DNA of 64,000 nt from Oscillospiraceae bacterium. Lineage in GTDB: Bacteria; Bacillota; Clostridia; Oscillospirales; Ruminococcaceae. This document shows, one piece after another, positions 1 to 9,372 of the stretch. The stretch covers positions 35,320-99,319 of the forward strand of contig JAZUSC010000050.1 of assembly GCA_045606505.1 (NCBI GenBank), in the 5' to 3' direction. Below the pieces are notes generated by a model. The model had not been told where the DNA came from, did no database searches, and saw nothing but the letters and a program-made list of their open reading frames with translations. Every line of letters starts with the position of its first letter. Positions within the stretch are counted from its first letter, which is position 1. The position numbers and the translations under genes were made by a program.

Positions 1-50
1 CAAAACAAAACCCCACAGCTTATGCTGTGGGGCAAATGATATTCACATCA

Positions 51-962
51 TTACTTTCTGCACACGATAAACTCGATCCTGCCGAAAGAGAACTGCAATC
101 CAACGGAAAGACCGTTTGTAAGACCGATAGCAGCATCAACACGAGCCTCCTGCGGAGTGAGGTCAAGCTCAATATTGCGTGAGTTTGACATATTTACTGC
201 AAACAGACCGTTTTGGAGATTAAGGAACTCGCCGACACAAGCCTCAACGAACTCGTCAACCTGTTCAAACAGACCGAATTCTTCAAGATCACCGTCCTCC
301 TCATCGCTGGAATCAACAGCATAACGGGAAGCAAGCATTGCAAAAGCCGAAGCGTCGCCGCCGATAGCTGTGTATGCTCCCATTTTACCTGTAAGATCCT
401 GTGAGCAAAGGTGTTCGCACTTCAATACGGAGTTCTTTGTGCAGCCTGCAAGTACGAAATCGTCACCGATAAAGCGGATAGCGTTTCTTGTAAGCAGCAT
501 TATGTACTCGATATAGAAATCCTTGTCCTCGTCATTTTCAAGATCAAAGATCGAGATGAGGTCTTCTGCAAATGCACCGTCGCCATTCTCGTCACCTGCA
601 AAGGAGGCACTCTTCTTATAAGCGATAAGTGTATCCTCAAACTGCTGATTTGTGATGTATCCGAGATCAATAAGGGCCTGTCCCAGAACAATGTTTGCTG
701 TCTTCTGTCTTGAAAGCAGCTCTACGACCTGCTCCTGTGTGAGGAAGCCCATATCGATAGCGATATCACCGATACGCTTGTCTACGTGCTTTTGCTCTGC
801 GTGGACAGCCTCGACCTGAGCGGCATTCATATATCCTGCGTCAATAGCAAGTGCACCAAGCTTTGCACTGGTATTGGACTTAACTTCAAGTGCCTTTCCG
901 AGCTGCTCGCTGGTAATGACATTATTATTTAAAAGATAGTGTCCGAAAAGTTGTGTAAACAT
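51..962 (-). CDS. CheX/CheC-family phosphatase with N-terminal tandem MshEN-like repeats
   Basis: Four 24-aa repeats with 5-aa linkers (e.g. KLGALAIDAGYMNAAQVEAVHAEQ, RIGDIAIDMGFLTQEQVVELLSRQ); C-terminal E-x2-N-x21-P motif (GEFLNLQNG...LDLTP); directly downstream of a CheY-like gene. Confidence 0.75.
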   Translation of the reverse strand: MFTQLFGHYLLNNNVITSEQLGKALEVKSNTSAKLGALAIDAGYMNAAQVEAVHAEQKHVDKRIGDIAIDMGFLTQEQVVELLSRQKTANIVLGQALIDLGYITNQQFEDTLIAYKKSASFAGDENGDGAFAEDLISIFDLENDEDKDFYIEYIMLLTRNAIRFIGDDFVLAGCTKNSVLKCEHLCSQDLTGKMGAYTAIGGDASAFAMLASRYAVDSSDEEDGDLEEFGLFEQVDEFVEACVGEFLNLQNGLFAVNMSNSRNIELDLTPQEARVDAAIGLTNGLSVGLQFSFGRIEFIVCRK

Positions 963-981
963 TTAGTGTATATTCCCTTTC

Positions 982-1359
982 TTATTTTTCAGTAAGCTTA
1001 GAAAGCACCTTATTTACGTCATCATCACGTACGGGCTTCTGGAGGAACTCATACGCTCCTGCCTTGATAGCACTTACAAGGTGGCTCTGTGTGCCGATAG
1101 TGGACGCCATTACGACCTTGGCATCGTTATCGAATGCCTTGATCTCCACAAGTGCGTCAAGACCTGTCTTAACGGGCATAACGATATCCATAAATACAAC
1201 ATCGGGCTTGTTCTCTTTATAAAGTTCAACAGCCTGTACACCGTCCTTAGCCTCGATAATAGTGGTGATACCTGCCTTTTTAAGAACATCACTCAGTTTT
1301 CTTCTGACGAGAATAGAATCGTCACAGATCAAGACTTTAAGTTCTGAAATATTCATCAT
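982..1359 (-). CDS. Single-domain CheY-like response regulator
   Basis: ICDD acidic pocket, VFMDIVMP phospho-Asp, FLQKP; no output domain. Confidence 0.9.
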   Translation of the reverse strand: MMNISELKVLICDDSILVRRKLSDVLKKAGITTIIEAKDGVQAVELYKENKPDVVFMDIVMPVKTGLDALVEIKAFDNDAKVVMASTIGTQSHLVSAIKAGAYEFLQKPVRDDDVNKVLSKLTEK

Positions 1360-1606
1360 CTTATCCCTTTCGTATATAGCTGATACCGCAGCCTAAATTT
1401 ATATTCACATTATACTATAACCGAATAAAAAATACAATAGCTTTATGTTAAATTCGTTTATAAAGGACAACAAATCCAAAAAATAGTTGGTAGTTTTGCA
1501 CAAAACTGTTATTATTACTTCGGCAAATATGCATTTACTGTACCTCACATAAAACATATTAAGGCATATAATGTAGAGAAATGCTACATTTACGAGGTGA
1601 AACTTT

Positions 1607-1828
1607 ATGAATACACTTAATGATATAGAGATAGGAAAGACCGCCGTTGTAAAAAAACTGCTGACCCACGGGACTATGCGTCGCCGTCTGCTGGATATAG
1701 GTCTTATTGAGGGTACACCCGTGCAGTGCATAGGAAGAAGTCCCTCAGGCGACCCGAGGGCTTACCTTATAAGAGGTGCCGTCATAGCGATACGCTCCGA
1801 GGACTGCGCCGAGATAATCACATACTAG
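1607..1828 (+). CDS. feoA: Ferrous iron transport protein A
   Basis: RRLLDIGL..G..V....SPSGDP..YLIRG..IAIR pattern; upstream of feoB. Confidence 0.95.
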   Translation: MNTLNDIEIGKTAVVKKLLTHGTMRRRLLDIGLIEGTPVQCIGRSPSGDPRAYLIRGAVIAIRSEDCAEIITY

Positions 1829-1837
1829 GAGGGGAAA

Positions 1838-3913
1838 ATGCAGGATAAACTACTTATCGCCGTTGCGGGAAACCCGAATGTGGGGAAAAGCACACTTTTC
1901 AATGCACTGACGGGACTTCATCAGCATACGGGAAACTGGACAGGAAAGACCGTCGCTGCCGCCGAGGGGGAATTTAAGACAGAACGGCACAGCTATCGTC
2001 TGGTGGATATCCCAGGGACTTACTCGCTTATGCCTCATTCTGCCGAGGAGGAGGTCGCACGCAGCTTTCTATGTTTCGGAAAGCCTGATATATGCATTGC
2101 CGTATGCTCTGCGGTGTGCCTTGCGAGAAGTCTTAGCCTTGCATTGCAGGTAATAGAGCTGTGTCCACACACGATAATCTGCGTAAACCTTATGGACGAG
2201 GCGAAACGCAAGGGTATATCAATAGACCTGAAACTACTGGAAAAGCGGCTCGGAGTACCTGTAATAGGGACTTCCGCACGTGACAAGGTGACATTGCAGG
2301 CTCTTACGAGAGTGCTTGACAGCATTGCAGACGGAGAAATACTCCCCTCCCCTGTTGCCACAAGATATCCAGCCACTATCGAAACAACCGCCGCCACTGT
2401 CGAAATGGCTGTAAAGCAGCGTTTTGGGAAAGAGATAAACAATCGCTGGACTGCTCTTAGGTTGCTCGAAAACGACAAGGCACTCCGCCGTGAGCTTTCC
2501 CGTAGATACAGCATTGACCCTCAGACCGACGAGGTGCTTTTTTCCGCCGCAGAAAAGGGACGGAATATTCTCGCTGCCGAGGACATCACCGCAGACCGCT
2601 TCAAAGATATAATAGCCTCGGCTTTTGTCAGAAGTGCCACCGATATATGCGACGGTGCGGTAAAAAACAGCAAGTCCTCTGACAGCTCATTTGACAGAAA
2701 AGCTGACAGGATACTTACAAGCCGAAGATTCGGCTATCCGATAATGATACTTCTGCTGCTTGTCATCTTCTGGATAACGGTAACAGGGGCAAATTATCCG
2801 TCACAGTGGCTGCAAACGGGACTTTTCTGGTTAGGTGACAGACTTTCGGAATTGCTGCTGTACTTCGGAGCGGCGGAATGGCTTAGAGCCATTATCGTTG
2901 ACGGAGCGTACAAAGTCCTTGCGTGGGTGGTGTCTGTTATGTTGCCGCCTATGGCGATATTTTTTCCGATGTTCACGCTGCTTGAAGACTCGGGCTATCT
3001 TCCACGGATAGCATACAACCTCGACAAGCCATTCAAGAAATGCTCCGCCTGTGGAAAACAGGCTCTTACAATGGCTATGGGGTTTGGCTGTAACGCCGCA
3101 GGAGTGGTCGGCTGTCGGATAATCGACTCTAAACGGGAGCGTCTGATTGCAATGCTGACAAACAGCTTTGTCCCCTGTAACGGACGTTTTCCCACACTTA
3201 TTGCGATAATATCTATGTTTTTCGCAGGGGCCGTGGGAGGTTTTCTCGGCTCGGTGTGGTCGGCTCTGCTGCTGACCGCTGTAATTCTGCTGGGAATAGG
3301 TATGACATTTGCAGTTTCAAGACTGCTGTCCAAAACTATCCTCAAAGGAGAGCCGTCATCATTTACACTGGAATTGCCGCCCTACCGCCGTCCGCAGATC
3401 GGAAAGGTGCTTGTCCGAAGCGTACTCGACAGGACTTTGTTCGTCCTCGGAAGAGCCGCCGTTGTTGCCGCCCCCGCCGGTGCGATTATATGGATACTCG
3501 CAAATGTTAATATCGACGGCATAACACTGCTGTCACACTGCACTGCCTTTCTCGACCCGTTTGCACAGTTTCTGGGGCTTGACGGGGTAATCCTTATGGC
3601 ATTTATACTGGGACTTCCCGCAAACGAGATAGTTATCCCCATAATCATTATGTCATATATGGCACAGGGAAGCATTACAGAGCTTGACCTAACGCAGATG
3701 AGGGAGCTTTTCATCTCAAACGGCTGGACTTGGGTCACCGCTGTAAGCACTATGATGTTTTCACTTATGCACTGGCCCTGCTCCACAACTATCCTTACCG
3801 TAAAAAAAGAGGCGGGTGGCTGGAAATGGGCGGTAATCTCCGCAATTCTCCCGACCCTTGTGGGAATGATAGTGTGCTTTCTTTTTGCAAGTATCGCCAA
3901 GATGTTCCTGTAA
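1838..3913 (+). CDS. feoB: Ferrous iron transporter B
   Basis: GNPNVGKS, GNWTGKT, DIPG and NLMD GTPase motifs; gate motifs GFGCN, FTLELPPY. Confidence 0.96.
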   Translation: MQDKLLIAVAGNPNVGKSTLFNALTGLHQHTGNWTGKTVAAAEGEFKTERHSYRLVDIPGTYSLMPHSAEEEVARSFLCFGKPDICIAVCSAVCLARSLSLALQVIELCPHTIICVNLMDEAKRKGISIDLKLLEKRLGVPVIGTSARDKVTLQALTRVLDSIADGEILPSPVATRYPATIETTAATVEMAVKQRFGKEINNRWTALRLLENDKALRRELSRRYSIDPQTDEVLFSAAEKGRNILAAEDITADRFKDIIASAFVRSATDICDGAVKNSKSSDSSFDRKADRILTSRRFGYPIMILLLLVIFWITVTGANYPSQWLQTGLFWLGDRLSELLLYFGAAEWLRAIIVDGAYKVLAWVVSVMLPPMAIFFPMFTLLEDSGYLPRIAYNLDKPFKKCSACGKQALTMAMGFGCNAAGVVGCRIIDSKRERLIAMLTNSFVPCNGRFPTLIAIISMFFAGAVGGFLGSVWSALLLTAVILLGIGMTFAVSRLLSKTILKGEPSSFTLELPPYRRPQIGKVLVRSVLDRTLFVLGRAAVVAAPAGAIIWILANVNIDGITLLSHCTAFLDPFAQFLGLDGVILMAFILGLPANEIVIPIIIMSYMAQGSITELDLTQMRELFISNGWTWVTAVSTMMFSLMHWPCSTTILTVKKEAGGWKWAVISAILPTLVGMIVCFLFASIAKMFL

Positions 3914-3991
3914 AAAACGCAGATACCCTTGTTTTCCTCCGTGTTTTGTGGTAGAATAAACAAAACATTCACCCAAAAACGGAGGAACGAT

Positions 3992-6073
3992 ATGGAACGC
4001 TGGCTTGACAAATCACTCACTGCCGAGGAACGTGCGGTGGCTCTCACCGACAGCCTTACTACCGAACAACAGGCAGAACAATTAAGATACAACGCACCTG
4101 CTATCCCACAGGCAGGACTTCCCGCATACAACTGGTGGAACGAGGGTCTGCACGGAGTTGCAAGAGCAGGTACCGCAACGATGTTCCCGCAGGCTATCGG
4201 ACTTGCGGCGGCTTTTGACACGGAGCTTATGCACGATGTTGGCAGAGTGACCTCGACCGAGGCAAGGGCAAAATACAACGCCGCCCAAAAGCAGGGCGAC
4301 TGCGATATATACAAGGGTCTTACACTGTGGTCACCGAATATAAACATCTTCCGTGACCCACGCTGGGGCAGAGGTCACGAAACCTACGGCGAATGCCCCT
4401 ATCTCACTGCACGACTTGGCGTGGAATTCACAAAGGGGTTACAGGGTGAGGGAGAATTTCTCCGTACCGCCGCCTGTGCAAAGCATTTCGCCGTACATAG
4501 CGGCCCTGAATCGCTAAGGCACGAGTTTGACGCCTGTCCCTCTAAAAAAGATATGGAGGAGACCTATCTTCCCGCTTTTAAGGCTCTGATAGAGGAAGCT
4601 TATGCCGAGGGCGTAATGGGTGCATATAACCGTGTCTACGGTGAGCCGTCCTGTGCGAGCGGATTTCTCTTCGACAAGCTGAAAGAGTGGGGATTTGACG
4701 GATATTTCGTGTCCGACTGCTGGGCGATACAGGATTTCCACGCACATCACTGCGTTACAGCGACTGCTCCCGAATCTGCCGCTATGGCTCTGAAAGCAGG
4801 CTGTGACGTAAACTGCGGCAGCACATATCTAAGCATACTGGAAGCTCTTGATAAAGGTCTTATCTCAAAGGAGGATATTCGCAAAGCCTGTATACACGCT
4901 CTGCGTACAAGGATAAGGCTGGGACAGCTTGACAGGACAGAGTTTGACGATATCCCCTACGACATTATCGCCTGTGATGAGCATAAGGCGGTATCGCTGA
5001 GGTCGGCTGAAAACTCCGCTGTGCTGCTGAAAAACAACGGCGTACTTCCCCTTAACAAGGAGAAGATAAAGACTATCGCTGTAATAGGCCCGAATGCGGA
5101 CAGCAGAGCGGCACTGGAAGGCAACTACAACGGTACTGCTGACCGATACATCACCTTTCTGGAGGGCATACAGGACGAGTTTTCGGGTCGTGTGTTGTAT
5201 GCGGAGGGATGTCACCTCTTTAAAGACCGTTGTCAAGGACTTGCTGTTTCGGGCGACCGCTATGCGGAGGCTGTTTCGGCGGCTGAAAATTCGGACATCA
5301 TAATAGCTTGTGTGGGGCTTGACGCTTCCTTAGAGGGTGAAGAGGGTGACACAGGAAACGAGTTTGCCTCGGGCGATAAGCCTGACCTAAGACTTCCCGA
5401 AAGTCAGCGTGTTCTTCTTAAAAAGCTCCGTGCTGTCGGAAAGCCGCTTGTCGTGGTACTTGCGGCAGGAAGTGCTATAAACATCGAAACAGACTGCGAC
5501 GCACTGCTTGATATGTGGTATCCCGGTCAATTCGGCGGCAAGGCACTTGCGAATATCCTTTTCGGCAAGGTCTCTCCCTCAGGAAAGCTGCCTGTTACAT
5601 TCTACAAGAGTGCAGATAAGCTCCCCGACTTCACCGATTACTCAATGAAAGACCGTACCTACCGCTATACAAACAGCGAAAATGTGCTGTATCCTTTCGG
5701 CTACGGACTTAACTACTGCCGTTTCACCTGCAAAGACCTGTCTTACGAAAACGGCACTGCACGGCTCACTGTTACAAATGAAGCTGAAAGCGGCTCTGCG
5801 GAGGAGGTAATTCAGCTCTACATCAAAGGTTACGACAAAAACGATGTTCCGAACCATACGCTGTGCGGCTTTAAACGAGTATGCTTAAACGCAGGAGAAA
5901 GCAGGGAGATAGAGTTTAGGCTCTCCCCCTCTGCCTTTGAAACAGTTGACGAAAACGGTACAAGAGCCGTATGCGGAAAACACTTCACACTGTATGCGGG
6001 AATATCTCAGCCCGACGAATTAAGCGAAAGCCTTACCGGGGTCAGCTGTATAAAAACGGAAATATTTTTCTGA
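3992..6073 (+). CDS. GH3 beta-xylosidase/beta-glucosidase
   Basis: WWNEGLHGVA, FRDPRWGRGHETYGE, KHFA, VSDCWAI (nucleophile Asp), C-terminal FnIII-like domain; start moved to the ATG after GGAGG RBS. Confidence 0.93.
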   Translation: MERWLDKSLTAEERAVALTDSLTTEQQAEQLRYNAPAIPQAGLPAYNWWNEGLHGVARAGTATMFPQAIGLAAAFDTELMHDVGRVTSTEARAKYNAAQKQGDCDIYKGLTLWSPNINIFRDPRWGRGHETYGECPYLTARLGVEFTKGLQGEGEFLRTAACAKHFAVHSGPESLRHEFDACPSKKDMEETYLPAFKALIEEAYAEGVMGAYNRVYGEPSCASGFLFDKLKEWGFDGYFVSDCWAIQDFHAHHCVTATAPESAAMALKAGCDVNCGSTYLSILEALDKGLISKEDIRKACIHALRTRIRLGQLDRTEFDDIPYDIIACDEHKAVSLRSAENSAVLLKNNGVLPLNKEKIKTIAVIGPNADSRAALEGNYNGTADRYITFLEGIQDEFSGRVLYAEGCHLFKDRCQGLAVSGDRYAEAVSAAENSDIIIACVGLDASLEGEEGDTGNEFASGDKPDLRLPESQRVLLKKLRAVGKPLVVVLAAGSAINIETDCDALLDMWYPGQFGGKALANILFGKVSPSGKLPVTFYKSADKLPDFTDYSMKDRTYRYTNSENVLYPFGYGLNYCRFTCKDLSYENGTARLTVTNEAESGSAEEVIQLYIKGYDKNDVPNHTLCGFKRVCLNAGESREIEFRLSPSAFETVDENGTRAVCGKHFTLYAGISQPDELSESLTGVSCIKTEIFF

Positions 6074-6078
6074 AACTC

Positions 6079-6107
6079 TTGACAAACATAAAAAACTATG
6101 CTAAAAT
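6079..6107 (+). promoter_or_regulatory. sigma-A promoter of the thiT leader
   Basis: TTGACA-17 bp-TAAAAT with extended -10 TG. Confidence 0.75.
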
Positions 6108-6118
6108 AATCACGGACT

Positions 6119-6222
6119 GAACGGGGAGCTTCAATGGTGTTTCACCGCCGAGGCTGAGAGTGTGCAGGTCACAGCACAGACCCTTATACCTGATTCGGAT
6201 AATGCCGACGTAGGAAATAATG
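6119..6222 (+). promoter_or_regulatory. TPP (thi-box) riboswitch
   Basis: GGGGAGC...GCTGAGAG...GACCC...ACCTGATTCGGATAATGCCGACGTAGGAA consensus upstream of a thiamine transporter; ends approximate. Confidence 0.95.
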
Positions 6223-6242
6223 TTCTGTATTTTAGACATTAC

Positions 6243-6273
6243 AAGCGTGCTGATATCCGTCGGCACGCTTTTT
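6243..6273 (+). terminator. Expression-platform terminator of the TPP riboswitch
   Basis: Stem aagcgtgctga/tcggcacgctt followed by a T run. Confidence 0.8.
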
Positions 6274-6387
6274 GTTACGACGAAAAAATCTGATAAAGTA
6301 TACAGCCCGAAAAAACGTATCTACGGTTTCGGGCTGTTTCTTTTAGGCATTCGCAGACAGGAGATCAGTTCGGAAAGGAAAAATGCT

Positions 6388-7011
6388 ATGAATAATTCTA
6401 ACATAGATACTGCAAACAAAACGCAGAATAACAATCACTCCAAGATATCCGCCCTTGTGGAGGGTGCAGTTATGGTGGCTCTTGCAGCTGTATTAAGCTA
6501 CATAAGGGTATTTCATCTGCCGTGGGGCGGCTCGGTAACGCTTCTGTCTATGCTGCCGATTGCAATTTACAGCATAAAACACGGCGTTGTGAACGGTCTG
6601 TTTGCTGCTTTCGTGTTCTCTCTGATACAGCTTGGACAGGGTGCTGTTGACGGTCTTTTCGGCTGGGGACTTACTCCTGTTATGCTCATTGCCTGCATAA
6701 TGCTTGACTACATTCTTCCGTTTACGGTGCTGGGTCTTTCGGGAATGTTCCGCAAAAAAAGTACTGTCGGCTGGATAACAGGCACTGCTGTCGCTGTGAT
6801 ACTCCGCTTTGTTATGCACTTTTTAAGCGGCGTTGTGATATGGCACTCCGTAGGAAAACTTTGGGAGGATTTCATTACCGACAACGAATATCTGTACAGC
6901 CTTTGCTATAACGGTGCGTATATGCTGCCTGAGCTTATCTTCACACTTGCGGGTGCGGTGGCTCTGTTCAAGATACCGCAGACAAGAAAGCTGATAATCG
7001 GCACTAAGTAA
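6388..7011 (+). CDS. thiT: ECF-type thiamine transporter S component
   Basis: EGAVMVALAAVLS, LPWGGSVT, LDY, RFVMHFLSGV..W, YNGAYMLPE; TPP riboswitch upstream; start at the ATG after GAAAGGA. Confidence 0.88.
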   Translation: MNNSNIDTANKTQNNNHSKISALVEGAVMVALAAVLSYIRVFHLPWGGSVTLLSMLPIAIYSIKHGVVNGLFAAFVFSLIQLGQGAVDGLFGWGLTPVMLIACIMLDYILPFTVLGLSGMFRKKSTVGWITGTAVAVILRFVMHFLSGVVIWHSVGKLWEDFITDNEYLYSLCYNGAYMLPELIFTLAGAVALFKIPQTRKLIIGTK

Positions 7012-7072
7012 TATCGGCGAAATGCACAAGGGGACAGGTAGTTTCGGGAAAATATTCCTATAAGCTTAACGG

Positions 7073-7101
7073 TTGACAAAACCGCCCTTAACGTATATAA
7101 T
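7073..7101 (+). promoter_or_regulatory. sigma-A promoter of glnA
   Basis: Perfect TTGACA-17 bp-TATAAT. Confidence 0.85.
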
Positions 7102-7109
7102 ATATTACA

Positions 7110-7168
7110 GAAACAACGGCGTTTCGACAAGGGTATATCATACCCTGTCATACGCCGTTTTTATATTT
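7110..7168 (+). promoter_or_regulatory. Attenuator-like leader hairpin upstream of glnA (candidate ANTAR substrate)
   Basis: Long stem aacggcgt..gacaagggtat/ataccctgtc..acgccgtt plus T tract, mutually exclusive with the gaaac-AACGGC-gtttc hexaloop stem. Confidence 0.6.
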
Positions 7169-7180
7169 CGGAGGTATTTT

Positions 7181-9274
7181 ATGTCAGAGAAATTCAATGT
7201 GGTAGAACAATTCGGTATTGATGTGTTTAACGAGGGCACTATGCGTCAGCGTCTGCCTAAGAACGTATATAAGCAGCTGAAACAGACCATTGCGGAGGGC
7301 ACTCAGCTTGACAGCAGCATTGCTGATGTGGTTGCAAGTGCTATAAAGGACTGGGCTATCGAAAAGGGTGCAACACACTTCACACACTGGTTCCAGCCTA
7401 TGACAGGAATCACTGCTGAAAAGCACGACAGCTTTATCACTCCCGTGGGCGACGGCACTGTTATTATGGAATTCTCGGGCAAGGAGCTTATCAAGGGCGA
7501 GTCTGACGCCTCCTCCTTCCCCTCGGGCGGTCTGCGTGCCACATTCGAGGCAAGAGGCTATACAGCGTGGGACCCTACCTCCTACGCATTTGTAAAGAGC
7601 GGCTCACTTTATATCCCCACCGCATTTTATGCATACTCGGGCGAGGCACTGGACAAGAAAACTCCCCTGCTGCGTTCTATGGATATAGTATCCGAACAAG
7701 CTCTGCGTATACTCCGTCTTTTCGGCAACACAACATCTAAGCGTGTAGTTCCTACCGTAGGTGCGGAGCAGGAATACTTCCTTGTTGACAAAAACACCTA
7801 CGACAAGCGTAAAGACCTCATCTTCACAGGAAGAACGCTTTTCGGTGCTCCCGCTCCCAAGGGACAGGAGCTTGACGACCACTACTACGGCTCTATCAAG
7901 GCAAGAGTGGCGGACTATATGAAAGACCTCGACGAGCATTTGTGGAAGCTTGGTATCGCCTCCAAAACAAAGCATAACGAGGTAGCTCCCGCACAGCACG
8001 AAATGGCTCCTATCTTCGGCCCGTGCAACCTTGTTTGCGACCAGAATCAGCTTACAATGGATATTATGAAAAAGGTAGCACTGGAACACGGTCTTGTGTG
8101 TCTGCTCCACGAAAAGCCCTTTGCAGGTATCAACGGCTCGGGTAAGCACGACAACTGGTCGCTGTCCACAGACGACGGACAGAATCTTCTCGACCCCGGC
8201 TCTTCCCCTATGGAGAACGCACAATTCCTTACATTCCTCACCGCTATCATCAAGGCAGTAGACGAATACCCCGAACTGCTCCGTATGTCCGTCGCAACAG
8301 CAGGTAATGATCACCGCCTTGGTGCAAACGAAGCTCCTCCCGCTATCATCTCCATATTCCTCGGCGAGGACTTAGAGGCTATCATTGAACATCTTATTGA
8401 CGGCACAAAGTACACCTCAAAGAGCGGTACTATGTTCAACGTGGGCGTATCCTCTCTCCCCAGCTTCCCTATGGATACCACAGACAGAAACAGAACATCT
8501 CCCTTTGCTTTTACGGGAAACAAGTTCGAGTTCAGAATGTGCGGTTCTTCCCTCAATATATCAGGTCCCAACACCGTGCTGAATACTATCGTTGCAAACG
8601 CACTGAAAGAGTTTGCAGATGAACTTGAAAAGGCAGAGGATTTCAACTCCGCACTTAACGACCTGCTTGTAAGAACTATCCGTGAGCATAAGAGAGTTAT
8701 CTTTAACGGAAACGGCTATGGAGAAGAATGGTTTGAGGAGGCTGAAAACAGAGGACTTCCGAATTTCAGATCCACTATTGACGCTATCCCTTCCCTCACC
8801 TCTCCGAAGAGCATAAAGCTTTTCACAAAGTTCGGTGTATACAGCGAGATAGAGCTTCACGCAAGAGAGGACGTCTACCTTGAAAACTACGCAAAGGCGA
8901 TAAACATTGAGGGTCTTACCGCCGCAGATATGGTAAGGACAGAGATACTCCCTGCTGTTATGAAGTACACAAAGGACGTCTGCGATGCCGCCGCAAGTAA
9001 AAAGGCTATCGGCATAGAGCCTTCTGTGGAACTTGCACTTGCTGCAAAGCTCAACTCACTTACGGTGTCCCTCAGCGGTATGGCAGATACCCTCAGCAGT
9101 GCTATCGTTAAAGCACAAGCTGTCGAGGAGGCATACGCAAAGGCAGTATGCTACCATAACAATGTGTTCACCGCAATGCAGAGCCTGCGTGCAGTGGTAG
9201 ATGAGCTGGAAACCCTCGTGGGAGAAAAATACTGGCCCTATCCCACATACGATGAGTTGCTTTACAATATCTGA
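7181..9274 (+). CDS. glnA: Glutamine synthetase type III
   Basis: HFTHWFQPMTG..AEKHD, DASSFPSGGLR.TFEARGY, EKPFAGINGSGKH, RNRTSPFAFTGNKFEFR; start after GGAGG. Confidence 0.96.
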   Translation: MSEKFNVVEQFGIDVFNEGTMRQRLPKNVYKQLKQTIAEGTQLDSSIADVVASAIKDWAIEKGATHFTHWFQPMTGITAEKHDSFITPVGDGTVIMEFSGKELIKGESDASSFPSGGLRATFEARGYTAWDPTSYAFVKSGSLYIPTAFYAYSGEALDKKTPLLRSMDIVSEQALRILRLFGNTTSKRVVPTVGAEQEYFLVDKNTYDKRKDLIFTGRTLFGAPAPKGQELDDHYYGSIKARVADYMKDLDEHLWKLGIASKTKHNEVAPAQHEMAPIFGPCNLVCDQNQLTMDIMKKVALEHGLVCLLHEKPFAGINGSGKHDNWSLSTDDGQNLLDPGSSPMENAQFLTFLTAIIKAVDEYPELLRMSVATAGNDHRLGANEAPPAIISIFLGEDLEAIIEHLIDGTKYTSKSGTMFNVGVSSLPSFPMDTTDRNRTSPFAFTGNKFEFRMCGSSLNISGPNTVLNTIVANALKEFADELEKAEDFNSALNDLLVRTIREHKRVIFNGNGYGEEWFEEAENRGLPNFRSTIDAIPSLTSPKSIKLFTKFGVYSEIELHAREDVYLENYAKAINIEGLTAADMVRTEILPAVMKYTKDVCDAAASKKAIGIEPSVELALAAKLNSLTVSLSGMADTLSSAIVKAQAVEEAYAKAVCYHNNVFTAMQSLRAVVDELETLVGEKYWPYPTYDELLYNI

Positions 9275-9286
9275 TGCTCTAAATAC

Positions 9287-9324
9287 AAAACAGCGGTACC
9301 GCCTAAAAACGATACCGCTGTTTT
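9287..9324 (+). terminator. Intrinsic terminator after glnA
   Basis: aaaacagcggta/taccgctgtttt stem. Confidence 0.8.
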
Positions 9325-9372
9325 ATTCATTCCGTGTATTGACAAGTGTGTTCAGATATGATAATATATATC

